A stretch of 64,000 nucleotides of DNA, taken from assembly GCA_950097015.1 (NCBI GenBank), contig CATNEN010000039.1, forward strand, positions 9,672,001 to 9,736,000. Reading direction: 5' to 3'. Below are positions 1-13,770 of this stretch, in pieces. The first letter of the stretch is position 1, and every line of letters begins with the position of its first letter. The stretch comes from Macrostomum hystrix. Its lineage: Eukaryota; Animalia; Platyhelminthes. A program made the position numbers and the translations under genes. The notes under the pieces are model-generated. The model saw only the letters and a list, made by a program, of their open reading frames with translations, had not been told where the DNA came from and searched no databases.

Positions 1-494
1 TATTGAGCATTAATAATAAATTCAGGTGAACTCACAGTAGCAGCAGCATGACTTAGGTGCATTGTAAAAAAAGCCAATTGCCATGGACCGGCGCCGGCGG
101 GTCCTGTGCAAGGGACTTGTTCGTTGTCAGTTAAGAAGCAATGTTATAAAGCTAGTAATCTGTAAGTTATTTTCGTCCACTATTTTCGTATCTTTTTTGA
201 TTGTACGATTCAAAACCAAGCAAATGACAATCAATTCAGGTTGAAAATTAAATCAGCAATTTTATTTTTTATATCGAGCTTATATAGAACTTAATTCATT
301 AAAATCCCTTTTACAAGACCTGCACTGATTTAAACACATTGATGAAAAATGAAATCGACGGTGAATTGAAAAATAATATATTAAGGTTAAATTGGCAGAG
401 CAGTCTACTGGATAGTGCGGAATCCGGTTAATTTGCGAATTTTGCAATTAGCTTCGGAAGTCGGATCGTCAAGGGTTACTGGGGTGAACCTGAT

Positions 495-937
495 GGGAGG
501 TTGTAGCCTTGTGCTTAGGGCATCGAACTCACGACTTGAAGTTCGGGGGTTCGATTCCCGACTCCACTGGAACAATTTGTGTCCTTTAGCAAGACACATA
601 ACTTTGTGAGAGATACAATTCAGACTACTGACAACAGTAGAAAAGCAAAGACTTGGCTGCAAAACTCTCACATAACACTAAAAAAGTATCGCCAAAAGTA
701 TCGCTAAAATGGCATGGTTAAAACAGACTTCTAGTGTGTTACTAACTTTGCATTGCTTCAGTTCACCAAGCTGTTAAATGGGTAACAGCATCAGCTGGGA
801 TAATTAAAGGTCATTGGACTGAACAGCTGTATGCAGCCTTCAGATGCGCCGCGCAATAGCTGCGGCTGTGCTGTCGGCTGCACATCTGACCCGATTGGGG
901 CAGGTGTAAATAATTATTATTTATTCTTATTATTATT
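495..937 (+). mobile_element. tRNA-derived SINE with a CORE-like domain, copy 1 (carries an internal insertion at 607-742)
   Basis: A-box-like TAGCCTTGTG, B-box GGTTCGATTCC, GTGTCCTTTAGCAAGACAC..CTTCAGTTCACCAAGCTGTTAAATGGG resembling the MIR/CORE domain, AT-rich tail. Homologous to 33893-34155 and 44613-44755. Confidence 0.8.
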
Positions 938-2794
938 AACGAAAAGCATTGTCTTCATAAAAACCAAAGTTGCACCGTGGGCTTCATGTCGTGGGAGTGC
1001 TTGCATTGAAGGAAGTGTATAAAAACTTCCTTATATTGTTATTCACACTTGCCATTTTATTATTGACATCGAGCTACGAGCGTAGTAGAAAAAGTAGAGC
1101 TCTAACTTTAGTAATCCTTGGGCGCAATTTGTGGCTAGAACGGTAAAACGACTAATTTTAAAAGTAATAAGACTGTAGTATTTTCATCGCTTGCTTTCCC
1201 TTCTCGAAATTAGCAAACAATGAGAACTAAATTAGCGGATTTCGCATAGATTCAAACAAAGTGAATAGTAACTTAAACTTGAGATTTGCAGGAAAGAAAA
1301 CGCAAAAGATCTGCATGAAAGAACTAAATGTATTTGTTAAATATTAAACTTTTTTGCCTCAGTGCTAAGGCTTTGTTGTTAACATTCAAGGAGAATTTCT
1401 TTTCTCGACTTTTCTGTTTTAGAAGACATCTAACGATTAACAAGCTAGTTTAAAGATCCTGTAATTTTTAGTGGGTAAATTAAAGCATTTTAATTCTTGT
1501 ACTGCTCAAAAAGAAAGAAAATCCTATATTAGCTAATTGATTTCCCCTTTGTTGACACCAGTGCAGTCCTTTCCAGGTTAAAGAAGGTTAAAGAACAGGT
1601 TAAAGAAGATTGGCTCTCCATGGTGCATGCTAAAATAGATCTTTGTGGTCATGCTATGTTCTTGCTAAACTATTCTATTCTGTTTATACACTAGTCAGAC
1701 TGTAAGACTAGAATAGCCTGAAGTTCTATCTAAGCATGTTTTGATACACATCTTATACAAGTTATAGCTAGCTATAGCTAAGCTAGGCCTACCCTGCTAC
1801 CTAGGTGAGCTAAAAGTAGCATTTTAGTTCTACTAAGTAATTGTTTTGGAACATACAAAAACTTTTTTGCGCTTAGTAAATGAAATTAAGAGTGACTAGT
1901 TTAGACTTTTAATAATAATAGTGATGATGATCTTGACCAAGTCACCATGTGATCACTGTACAGTTCATACCAGGCAAAGGCACAAATGCTCACAAACAAA
2001 CCCCAAATGCATTTAAATGACAAGAAAATCCACCCAATAGTTATAAGAGAAACAAACTTACTTCAACACAAAAAAGGCAACTCATAAGAATAAATTGGAG
2101 ATTAAATACATAAAAAAGATATTTTTTATGGTTACTGGTGAGTAACAATACTATACTATAACAATAATAGTATCACAACAACAATACTCTAGTAACCAGT
2201 TCATTCTAATTTATGACATTGTGAATTCATGTAGGCCTAGATTGTTGCACCTTTTAACAAATATTTATGTTGCTTATTGATATGCAAATAAGCATTTATT
2301 GATTAAAGTATTATGATTGGTTGCTATGCCCATGAGTTTTGGCATCATGGACATGACCTGTTTTGCCACCATGTATTCTGCTGTAATAAAATAATGTATA
2401 CCTTTGAATTACTACTTATAATAACATATGTTCTTATATATTCATTTTTGTCCTTTTTCCTGACTTTGCAAGAAAATTTTTTTTAATGAAATTTTTAATT
2501 AGCTATTTGGATTTTTAAGTCTACAAACTATGTGTACATCTGTTATGAGCAAAAGGGCAACCAACACTGGTAAATTAATGTTAAGGTATTCACAAATCAC
2601 AGACTTTTGTGTTGCTTTGCACAAGTGTCTGCATTTAGATTGTTGATGCACTACTATGTAGAGTATTGTTTAGTTTAAAAAATAGCTACTGCTAATTCCA
2701 GCCACTTGCTTGGCACAGTTTGAGCGTTTGAAAAAGCCAGCGGCCAGACCAGAATCCAGTTTCTAAAGAAAACTAACAACCAAGCCAAACAGTC

Positions 2795-5700
2795 ATGTAC
2801 AAGAGATTCATTCAGCCCCAGAGTGCCAGTGCCGAGTCTGGCCAGAATAGTCGCACAATTTCTTGCGCCTCAACAGCTGGCGGCTCGCAGTACAGCTGCG
2901 AGTTTGGCTCCGGCACCTACTATGCCTACTGCGGCCTGGGTGGAGTCCTGAGCTGCGGCCTGACCCACACGGCTGTTGTGCCGCTGGATCTTGTTAAATG
3001 CCGCATGCAGGTCGACCCGGCCAAATATCCGGGCATTGTCAAGGGATTCAAGGTCAGTTTCGGTTCGGTTTTTTTACTTTGACAAGTGATTGGTCGGGAG
3101 ATCGTATCTTGCTACTTTCACAATCCAGAAGTTTACATCCCACTATAAAATTCCCCGAATTTGACACCTCTACTCACTAATCCATTAACTTTATATATAG
3201 TCCCTACATTTCGCATTGCCAATATTCATAACCTCTAAACTCCACAAACCCTAGACGTCATAATCCCTAAGTTTCATTTCCTAAACTTTATAATCCCTAA
3301 TTTTTATTCCCTTAACTCTACAAACCCTAAACTTCATAATCCCTCATTTTCATTCCCCAAGCTTCATTACTCGAAGCTTCACCAACCCTAAAATTCATAA
3401 ACCCTCATTGTTTTTATCCCATGAACTTCACATGTAGATTCCCAAAAAGGAAATAATTTTTTCGGCTAAAAAATAAGCTAGTTCAAGGTTGTCATAAAAG
3501 TAATAACTAAATCCATGATTCTTGAAGGCCCGTATGCGGAGTGTAAAAATAGCAATTTACCTTGCCATCCAGGTGACCCTTGCCGAAGACGGAGTCCGCG
3601 GCCTGGCCAAAGGCTGGGCTCCCACACTGATCGGCTACAGCATGCAGGGCCTGGGCAAATTCGGCTTCTACGAGGTGTTCAAGAATATGTACGGCAACAT
3701 GATGGGCGAGGAGAATGCCTACCTGTACCGTACTAGCCTCTACCTGGCTGCCAGCGCTAGCGCCGAATTCTTCGCCGACATGCTGCTAGCCCCAATGGAG
3801 GCCGCCAAGGTGCGCATCCAGACTAAAGCCGGCTTCGCCAACACCCTGCGCGAGGCCTTCCCCAAGATGCTGGCCGCCGAGGGTGCCATGACTTTCTACA
3901 AGGGCCTGCCGCCTCTCTGGGGCCGCCAGATTCCTTACACTATGATGAAATTCGCCTGCTTCGAGCGCACAGTTGAAGCCCTGTACAAGTACGTTGTGCC
4001 TAAGCCGCGAGATCAGTGCAACAAGGCCGAACAGCTGACTGTCACCTTCGTGGCCGGCTACATCGCTGGAGTGTTCTGCGCCATCGTGTCGCATCCGGCT
4101 GACACTATGGTGTCCAAGCTCAACCAGATGCCCGGAGCTGGCATTGTTGGAGTTGCCAAGGCTCTGGGATGGAAGGGTGAGCACCAAACTGTTATTTTAG
4201 GACTCACTGCCTGCCTGTCTGTCTGTTCTTTGTGTCTGTCTGTTCTGGGTTTCTGTCTGTCTGTTCTATGTGTCTGTCTGTCTGTTCTATGTGCCTGTCT
4301 ATTCTGTGTCTGTCAGTCTGTTCTATGTGTCTGTCTGTTCTATGTCTGTCTGTTCTATGTGTCTGTCAGTCTGTTCTATGTGCCTGTCTGTCTGTTCTAT
4401 GTGTCTGTCTGTCTGTTCTATGCGTCTGTCTGTCTGTTCTAGGTGTCTTTTTGTCTGTTTTAGCTTTCTGTCAGTTCTGTATCCGTGTTTTATCTGTCCA
4501 TCTGTCTTTTTATCAATTATTTTTGTCTGATCATTTGTCTAGTCTGTCTTCCAGCCGAAATTATAAAGGATATACAATTGTTAATTGCCTATTAATAGTC
4601 TATGCTCTTTAAGATTCATTAATATTTAGCCTCTTTAAATGACTGACTGTCATTCCATATTACCAAACCAGAAACTTTGTCTAGATTTCTTGTGCACACA
4701 GCCTGTCGCTGTTTTTTCTTCTTCTGCTTAGTTGAGAAGCGGCGAACACGGCTCGCGAGTGTGAGAGCGGGCGGTTTTCGTAGGTCCTGGGGTCAGTTTA
4801 GTTAACTGGTTTTTTGCTGTGTACCCCTTGTGACACAGTGCAGTGTGCAGCAGCGAGTGTACATTGTTGTGAGTTTTAGCTACAGGCTGATGCGATAATA
4901 TGCAATGGCCAGACTGCTGCTGCTGCTGCTGCAGTTATAAAACGTTTTTTAGAGTGTCAAACACAGCCAGTGCATTTTGCTTCTGAGAAAGTTAATGGGG
5001 CTTAAAGGCTATCTTCTGAGCGCTTACTGCACTGTAGTTAGTCTGTACTTTAGTGCTTTATTGCCACAGACCTTGTGACAAGTAGCTGATATGATACAAT
5101 TTGGGTTTACACACAATCTATGAATACCAGTTTACAACCTGCTGATCTAATTAGGTTTACAATCTACTGATCTAATTGGGTTTACAATCTACTGATCTAA
5201 TTGAGTTTACAACCTACTGGTCTATTTGGGTTTACAATCTACTGATCGAATTAGGTTTACAATCTACTGATCTACTTGGGTTTACAATCTACTGATCTAC
5301 TTGGGTTTAAAATCTACTGATCTACTTGGGTTCACAATCTAATGATCTACTTGGGTTTACAACCTACTGATCTACTTGGGTTTACAATCTACTGATCTAC
5401 TTGGGTTTAAAATCTACTGATCTACTTGGGTTCACAATCTAATGATCTACTTGGGTTTACAACCTACTGATCTACTTGGGTTTACAATCTACTGATCTAC
5501 TTGGGTTTACAACCTACTGATCTACTTGGGTTTACAATCTACTGATCTACTTGGGTTTAAAATCTACTGATCTACTTGGGTTTACAACCTACTGATCTAC
5601 TTGGGTTTACAATCTACTGATCTACTTGGGTTTAAAATCTACTGATCTACTTGGGTTTACAATCTACTGATCTACTTGGGTTTAAAATCTACTGATCTAC

Positions 5701-8652
5701 TTGGGTTTAAAATCTACTGATCTTCTTGGGTTTACAATCTACTGATCTATTTGGGTTTACAGTCTACTGATCTACTTGGGTTTACAATCTACTGATCTAA
5801 TTGGGTTTACAATCTACTGATCTACTTGGGTTTACAGTCTACTGATCTAATTGGGTTTACAATCTACTGATCTACTTGGGTTTAAAATCTACTGATCTTC
5901 TTGGGTTTACAATCTACTGATCTATTTGGGTTTACAGTCTACTGATCTACTTGGGTTTACAATCTACTGATCTAATTGGGTTTACAATCTACTGATCTAC
6001 TTGGGTTTACAATCTACTGATCTAATTGGGTTTACAATCTACTGATCTACTTGGGTTTACAATCTACTGATCGAATTAGGTTTACAATCTACTGATCTAC
6101 TTGGGTTTACAATCTACTGATCTACTTGGGTTTAAAATCTACTGATCTACTTGGGTTCACAATCTAATGATCTACTTGGGTTTACAACCTACTGATCTAC
6201 TTGGGTTTACAATCTACTGATCTACTTGGGTTTAAAATCTACTGATCTACTTGGGTTCACAATCTAATGATCTACTTGGGTTTACAACCTACTGATCTAC
6301 TTGGGTTTACAATCTACTGATCTACTTGGGTTTACAACCTACTGATCTACTTGGGTTTACAATCTACTGATCTACTTGGGTTTAAAATCTACTGATCTAC
6401 TTGGGTTTACAATCTACTGATCTACTTGGGTTTAAAATCTACTGATCTACTTGGGTTTAAAATCTACTGATCTTCTTGGGTTTACAATCTACTGATCTAT
6501 TTGGGTTTACAGTCTACTGATCTACTTGGGTTTACAATCTACTGATCTAATTGGGTTTACAATCTACTGATCTACTTGGGTTTACAGTCTACTGATCTAA
6601 TTGGGTTTACAGTCTACTGATCTACTTGGGTTTAAAATCTACTGATCTTCTTGGGTTTACAATCTACTGATCTATTTGGGTTTACAGTCTACTGATCTAC
6701 TTGGGTTTACAATCTACTGATCTAATTGGGTTTACAATCTACTGATCTACTTGGGTTTACAATCTACTGATCTAATTGGGTTTACAATCTACTGATCTAC
6801 TTGGGTTTACAGTCTACTGATCTACTTGGGTTTACAATCTACTGATCTAATTGGGTTTACAATCTACTGATCTACTTGGGTTTACAGTCTACTGATCTAA
6901 TTGGGTTTACAGTCTACTGATCTACTTGGGTTTACAATCTACTGATCTACTTGGGTTTACAATCTACTGATCTAATTGGGTTTACAATCTACTGATCTAC
7001 TTGGGTTTACAGTCTACTGATCTAATTGGGTTTAAAATCTACTGATCTACTTGGGTTCACAATCTACTGATCTACTTGGGTTTACAATCTACTGATCTGT
7101 TTGGGTTTACAATCTACTGATCTATTTGGGTTTACAATCGACTGATCTATTTGGGTTTACGGTCTACTGATCTACTTGGGTTTACAACCTACTGATCTAC
7201 TTGGGTTAACAATCTACTGATCTACTTGGGTTTACAATCTACTGATCTTCTTGGGTTTACAATCTACTGATCTAATTGGGTTTACAATCTACTGATCTGT
7301 TTGGGTTTACAACCTACTGATCTGTTTGGGTTTACAATCTACTGATCTGTTTAGGTTTACAACCTACTGATCTGTTTGGGTTTACAACCTACTGATCTGT
7401 TTGGGTTTACAACCTACTGATCTGTTTGGGTTTACAACCTACTGATCTGTTTGGGTTTACAACCTACTGATCTGTTTAGGTTTACAACCTACTGATCTGT
7501 TTAGGTTTACAACCTACTGATCTGTTTGGGTTTGCAACCTACTGATCTGTTTAGGTTTACAACCTACTGATCTGTTTGGGTTTACAATCTACTGATCTAT
7601 TTGGGTTTACAACCTACTGATCTGTTTGGGTTTACAACCTACTGATCTGTTTGGGTTTACAACCTACTGATCTGTTTGGGTTTACAACCTACTGATCTGT
7701 TTGGGTTTACAACCTACTGATCTGTTTAGGTTTACAACCTACTGATCTGTTTAGGTTTACAACCTACTGATCTGTTTAGGTTTACAACCTACTGATCTGT
7801 TTGGGTTTACAACCTACTGATCTGTTTGGGTTTACAACCTACTGATCTGTTTGGGTTTACAACCTACTGATCTGTTTAGGTTTACAACCTACTGATCTGT
7901 TTGGGTTTACAACCTACTGATCTGTTTAGGTTTACAACCTACTGATCTGTTTGGGTTTACAACCTACTGATCTGTTTGGGTTTACAACCTACTGATCTGT
8001 TTAGGTTTACAACCTACTGATCTGTTTGGGTTTACAACCTACTGATCTGTTTAGGTTTACAACCTACTGATCTGTTTGGGTTTACAACCTACTGATCTGT
8101 TTGGGTTTACAACCTACTGATCTGTTTGGGTTTACAATCTACTGATCTGTTTGGGTTTACAACCTACTGATCTGTTTGGGTTTACCATCTACTGATCTGT
8201 TTGGGTTTACAACCTACTGATCTGTTTGGGTTTACAACCTACTGATCTGTTTGGGTTTACAATCTACTGATCTACTTGGGTTTACAATCTACTGATCTGT
8301 TTGGGTTTACAACCTACTGATCTGTTTGGGTTTACAATCTACAGCAATGAATTGGTTATATCACAATCTTTAGGTCCTCTGGTAAGCAGCGAGAGTAACT
8401 ATGCTTATTTTGTTATGTTTTCTGCCTCGTCATCTAATCAGTTTTTTAGAAATATTGAACTCGACCAACGAACCTAATCCCGCAGCCATGTGGAAGGGCC
8501 TGGACGCCCGTATCGTGATGATCGGCACCCTGACCGCTCTGCAGTGGTTTATATACGACACCGTCAAGGTGGTCCTGCGGCTGCCGCGCCCGCCGCCGCC
8601 GGCAATGCCGGAGAGTCTCCGCCTGAAGCTGGAGGCTAAGCAGGCCAGCTAG
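2795..8652 (+). CDS. SLC25A3: Mitochondrial phosphate carrier; coding exons 2795-3052, 3573-4176, 8486-8652 (342 aa)
   Basis: Motifs [67 protein letters not shown] and [27 protein letters not shown] junctions (AAG|gtcagt, ccag|GTG, G|gtgagc, gcag|CC) keep frame; 1029 nt in total. AATAAA at 8724. Confidence 0.96.
3240..3430. repeat. Degenerate repeat (CCCTAAACTTCATAAT-like) in SLC25A3 intron 1
   Basis: Repeated ccctaa/ttcat motifs with many mismatches. Confidence 0.6.
4205..4550. repeat. (TCTG/TGTC)n-based microsatellite at the start of SLC25A3 intron 2
   Basis: TGTCTGTCTGTTCTATG iterations. Confidence 0.9.
5145..8342. repeat. 25 bp minisatellite TTTACAATCTACTGATCTACTTGGG, about 128 copies
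   Basis: Direct tandem periodicity. Confidence 0.98.
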
Positions 8653-9409
8653 AAAACCGGCCTCTGTAATTCGACGCCTTCGTCGCTGTACCCGTGCGAG
8701 TTGGTTTTCCATCTTTGTGATTAAATAAAACTGCAGCAAAGCTTAGAAAATATTCAATCTTATAATTGGAAATGGACATATTAAAATACATACTTTTGAC
8801 ACATTTAGGCACCAATAATGCTAAACTCGTATTTACAAGCCTATAGACCGTTTCTTCTCCTAAATAATTGCACATTTTACTTAGTGAAACTCCTTTCAGA
8901 CTACTTATTACGGTGAGTAGCAAAGAAGGATTTCATAATTTTAGTTTTCGTTTGTCAACTTATTAAAAAAGCGTTTTAAAGTAGTTAAAGTTCTACGATT
9001 GCACCGACACAAAAATAACAAACAAATAAACACTATGTTTGGGATTTGTCTAGATATATATAATTATATTCTTGTTAACATTTATCATGTCGCTATTTTG
9101 CTATACTACTTATTCTATCTTTTTTTCAATGTAAAAAAATTTTTGAGACTAAAAAATTGTTAGGATTTAATTAGAATAAATATTTAAATATTACTCAATA
9201 GTAATAGTAATAGTAATAGCCATCTATCAAGCTATCCATTATTCTCTGGGTCTTTTCTAGTGCACGCCAAACTTTCCAGACCTTAATAATAATTTATAAT
9301 TTAACTAAAAAACAAGTTGAACTGTTAACAGAATATTATTTGTTGTTAGTTTTTTCATTGATTTGTCTAATTGCCTGCCGTAGCTGCTAGGTTTTTAATC
9401 AAAAATTGA

Positions 9410-10450
9410 AAATATCACAATGCAAAAGCTTGTCAATGGGGCATTGTTACAATACTTGTCAATGGGGCATTGTAACAATACTTGTCAATGGGGCATTGTT
9501 ACAATACTTGTCAATGGGGCATTGTTACAATACTTGTCAATGGGGCATTGTTACAATACTTGTCAATGGGGCATTGTTACAATACTTGTCAATGGGGCAT
9601 TGTTACAATACTTGTCAATGGGGCATTGTTACAATACTTGTCAATGGGGCATTGTTACAATACTTGTCAATGGGGCATTGTTACAATACTTGTCAATGGG
9701 GCATTGTTACAATACTTGTCAATGGGGCATTGTTACAATACTTGTCAATGGGACATTGTTACAATACTTGTCAATGGGGCATTGTTACAATACTTGTCAA
9801 TGGGGCATTGTTACAATACTTGTCAATGGGGCATTGTTACAATACTTGTCAATGGGGCATTGTTACAATACTTGTCAATGGGGCATTGTTACAATACTTG
9901 TCAATGGGGCATTGTTACAATACTTGTCAATGGGGCATTGTTACAATACTTGTCAATGGGGCATTGTTACAATACTTGTCAATGGGGCATTGTTACAATA
10001 CTTGTCAATGGGGCATTGTTACAATACTTGTCAATGGGGCATTGTTACAATACTTGTCAATGGGGCATTGTTACAATACTTGTCAATGGGGCATTGTTAC
10101 AATACTTGTCAATGGGGCATTGTAACAATACTTGCCAATGAACTATTGTTACAGTACTTGTCCATGGACCATTGTTACAATCCTTGTCAATGGACCATTG
10201 TTACAATACTTGTCAATGTAGATGGACCATTGTTACAATACTTGTCAATGTAGATAGACCATTGTTACAATACTTGTCAATGTAGATGGACCATTGTTAC
10301 AATACTTGTCAATGGGGCATTGTCACAATACTTGTGCATGGACCATTGTTACTATCCTTGTCATGGACCATTGTTAGAATATTTGTCAATGATGGACTAG
10401 TGTTACAATGCCTGTCAATTGATCCTTGCTACAGTACTTGTCAATGGATA
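9410..10450. repeat. 26 bp minisatellite TGGGGCATTGTTACAATACTTGTCAA
   Basis: Near-perfect tandem copies with a degenerate 3' edge. Confidence 0.98.
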
Positions 10451-10934
10451 CGATGTCAAAATAGACTATTATTTTTGTTAAAACCAAATCCGTACTAATG
10501 TACTTTAGAAAGAAAAGTCAGAAATTTCCTTGACGCCAAAAATAATCCCATTAAAGCATTTGTCAGACATTGGGGCTAATGTGACAGCTTTGGTGGCTGT
10601 CTCGCGAGACCAGAAGCCTACAGGCCGCGCATGATGGAGCCAGGTCCTAATGCGTGGCAATAATCATTCGGACAATTTTCGAAGCAGTTAACGACCAGCG
10701 TCCAATCCCTGCGGACCTCACAGACGGTGAGGCAATCGTGAGACAGCGGACTGCGATAATGGGGCTAGTTGATGGCTGCACACTTTGATGCCTGCTTGCT
10801 GTAGGTAGGGGTCTATTTTCCCGATATCTCACATCATGTTCGTGTTGACTACTTGGTCGACTAAGTCACTGGCTTGTTTTCTAGCTGCTTCCGTGTCTCT
10901 CCTCTGGGAGTTGAGATGAATTATACTGAAGATC

Positions 10935-11535
10935 AGCAGCCCATGTCTAACAGGTCAGCAAACTGTTCTAGCAGAAATGGAAGTGTCTAACAGGACAGCA
11001 ACCTGTTCTAACAGACATGGAAGTGTCTATCAGGTCAGCAAACTGTTCTAGCAGAAATGGAAGTGTCTAACAGGTCAGCAACCTGTTGTAAGACATGAAA
11101 GTGTCTATCAGGTCAGCAACCTGTTCTAACAGAAATGGAAGTGTCTAACAGGACAGCAACCTGTTCTAACAGACATGTAAGTGTCTAACAGGACAGCAAC
11201 CTGTTCTAACAGAAATGGAAGTGTCTAACAGGACAGCAACCTGTTCTAACAGAAATGGAAGTGTCTAACAGGACAGCAACCTGTTCTAACAGAAATGGAA
11301 GTGTCTAACAGGACAGCAACCTGTTCTAACAGACATGGAAGTGTGTCTAACAGGTCAGCAACCTGTTGTAAGACATGAAAGTGTCTATCAGGTCAGCAAC
11401 CTGTTCTAACAGAAATGGAAGTGTCTAACAGGACAGCAACCTGTTCTAACAGACATGGAAGTGTGTCTAACAGGTCAGCAACCTGTTGTAAGACATGAAA
11501 GTGTCTAACAGATCAGCAACCTGTTCTAGCATGTG
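10935..11535. repeat. 40 bp minisatellite GTGTCTAACAGGACAGCAACCTGTTCTAACAGAAATGGAA
   Basis: Tandem periodicity. Confidence 0.95.
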
Positions 11536-11899
11536 GATCGCGTCCAACAGATAAACTTATCTCATCAAAAAGCTGTCTTGACTATTGAAATTTAAATGAT
11601 CTGAAATCGAAAAACTTCTGTTGCTGGAAATCTTGTCCTATTGTAAAAGTGGAAGAAAATGACTTTCTTTCGGTCAGTCGATGATGGACAGACGCGCGTT
11701 CAACCAACTAGTTCCTTTTGGCTGATATTGCTTCTGACAGAATCCATTTCAGCAAGCCCACCAGTTTTTGGCTTTTATTTTCCTTTGGCTGTAGTCTAAA
11801 CGTCTCCTGTTTCGTCGGTAAAGTTGCAGTATTATTGGGGACAATAAATGGTGGCTTTTTCGTGCTACTGTCGCAATCCAAATGGTTTTCGTGGCTACT

Positions 11900-12885
11900 A
11901 TGTCTGTGAACTCAGGAATTGAGTGAACATTGAGAATCTGTGAACCCGAGAATTGAGTGAACATTGAGAATCTGTGAACCCGAGAATTGAGTGAACATTG
12001 AGAATCTGTGAACCCGAGAATTGAGTGAACATTGAGAATCTGTGAACCCGAGAATTGAGTGAACATTGAGAATCTGTGAACCCGAGAATTGAGTGAACAT
12101 TGAGAATCTGTGAACCCGGGAATTGAGTGAACATTGAGAATCTGTGAACCCGGGAATTGAGTGAACATTGAGAATCTGTGAACCCGGGAATTGAGTGAAC
12201 ATTGAGAATCTGTGAACCCGGGAATTGAGTGAACATTGAGAATCTGTGAACCCGGGAATTGAGTGAACATTGAGAATCTGTGAACCCGGGAATTGAGTGA
12301 ACATTGAGAATCTGTGAACTCAGGAGTTGAGTGAACATTGAGAATCTGTGAACCCGGGAATTGAGTGAACATTGAGAATCTGTGAACCCGAGAATTGAGT
12401 GAACATTGAGAATCTGTGAACTCAGGAATTGAGTGAACATTGAGAATCTGTGAACCCGGGAATTGAGTGAACATTGAGAATCTGTGAACCCGGGAATTGA
12501 GTGAACATTGAGAATCTGTGAACCCGGGAATTGAGTGAACATTGAGAATCTGTGAACCCGGGAATTGAGTGAACATTGAGAATCTGTGAACCCGGGAATT
12601 GAGTGAACATTGAGAATCTGTGAACCCGGGAATTGAGTGAACATTGAGAATCTGTGAACCCGGGAATTGAGTGAACATTGAGAATCTGTGAACCCGGGAA
12701 TTGAGTGAACGTTGAGAATCTGTGAACCCGGGAATTGAGTGAACATTGAGAATCTGTGAACCCGGGAATTGAGTGAACATTGAGAATCTGTGAACCCGGG
12801 AATTGAGTGAACATTGAGAATCTGTGAACCCGGGAATTGAGTGAACATTGAGAATCTGTGAACCCGGGAATTGAGTGAACGTTGC
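11900..12885. repeat. 34 bp minisatellite GAATTGAGTGAACATTGAGAATCTGTGAACCCGG
   Basis: Tandem periodicity. Confidence 0.98.
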
Positions 12886-13059
12886 TATAATCTGTAGCGT
12901 ACTTGAATAGATATAGTTTTTAGTATTTACACGGAATCACAACAGATAAGACAGAGTACAAACAATTCCAAAAGTTGGAGGTAAACCCAGTTTTCTAATA
13001 GATATTTTCCTAGCTTGAAATCCCATTCCCCTATTGCACATTGCATCGCCGGGGCAGAT

Positions 13060-13210
13060 GCGACCCGGAAGTCAACACGGCTGTGCCAGAATTGAAATCG
13101 AGGCCGCTGATGTCACGCTTTTAGATTCGTTGCGTGACGAACGGGCGGGCCCGACCTGCTGGCCGAATTGGTGACGCTGGGTATATATATGGTGGGTTGG
13201 CGTCACTTAC
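13060..13210 (+). promoter_or_regulatory. Candidate promoter or enhancer
   Basis: CpG-rich patch with CCGGAAGT (ETS), several TGACG/CGTCA half-CRE sites, GGGCGG and TATATATA; no transcript evidence. Confidence 0.25.
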
Positions 13211-13359
13211 TTGATTAAAGGAATGAATTTTCGGAAACTGAATGGGATTGGGAGTCATAAATATTTATAATTCCTCATAAATCTGAAGACTTGTCGATTC
13301 GGCTTTCCCGCACTTTGACTCTTGGCTGACTGGGCTAGTTAGTATCGTTCTCAAAGTGG

Positions 13360-13770
13360 CTCTCTCTCCCGTCTCATCTCTCTCCCGTCTCATCTCTCTC
13401 CTGTCTCATCTCTCTCCCCCGTCTCATCTGTCTCCCCCGTCTCTCTCTTTACCATCTAATTTCTCCCATCTCATCTCTCTCCCGCCTCGTTTCTCTTCCC
13501 CATCTCATCTCTCTCCGTGTCTCAGCTCTCTCTCCAATCTTGTCTCTATCCCTGTCTTATCCCTCTCTCTCGTCTCTCTCTACTATCTCATCTCTCTCCC
13601 GTCATATCTCTCCCTGTCTCATCTCTCTCCTATCTCATCTCTCTCCCTGTCTTATCTCTCTCCCATCTCATCTCTCTCCCTGTCTCATCTCTCTCCTATC
13701 TCATCTCTCTCGCGCGTCATCTCTCTGCCCTCTTATCTCTCACGCACTCATCTCTCTTTTTTTTCATTTC
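13360..13770. repeat. CT-rich low-complexity repeat (CTCTCTCCTGTCTCAT)
   Basis: Polypyrimidine tract; same motif as 62765-63330. Confidence 0.9.

Noticed and set aside
84-120. GC hairpin GGACC..GGTCC followed by CTTGT as a Helitron end or terminator
   Set aside because: Short, single occurrence, no supporting context.
3240-8342. Telomere-like CCCTAA/TTGGG/TTAGG motifs
   Set aside because: Embedded singly in longer units; no tandem TTAGGG tract.
8374-8381. Micro-exon tttag|GTCCTCTG|gtaagc in SLC25A3 intron 2
   Set aside because: 8 nt would frameshift the last exon; the protein aligns at the expected length without it.
10560-10930. Possible decayed retroelement or coding fragment (likewise 25620-25940 and 31550-31800)
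   Set aside because: CpG-rich and element-like, but no motif could be identified reliably without a database search.
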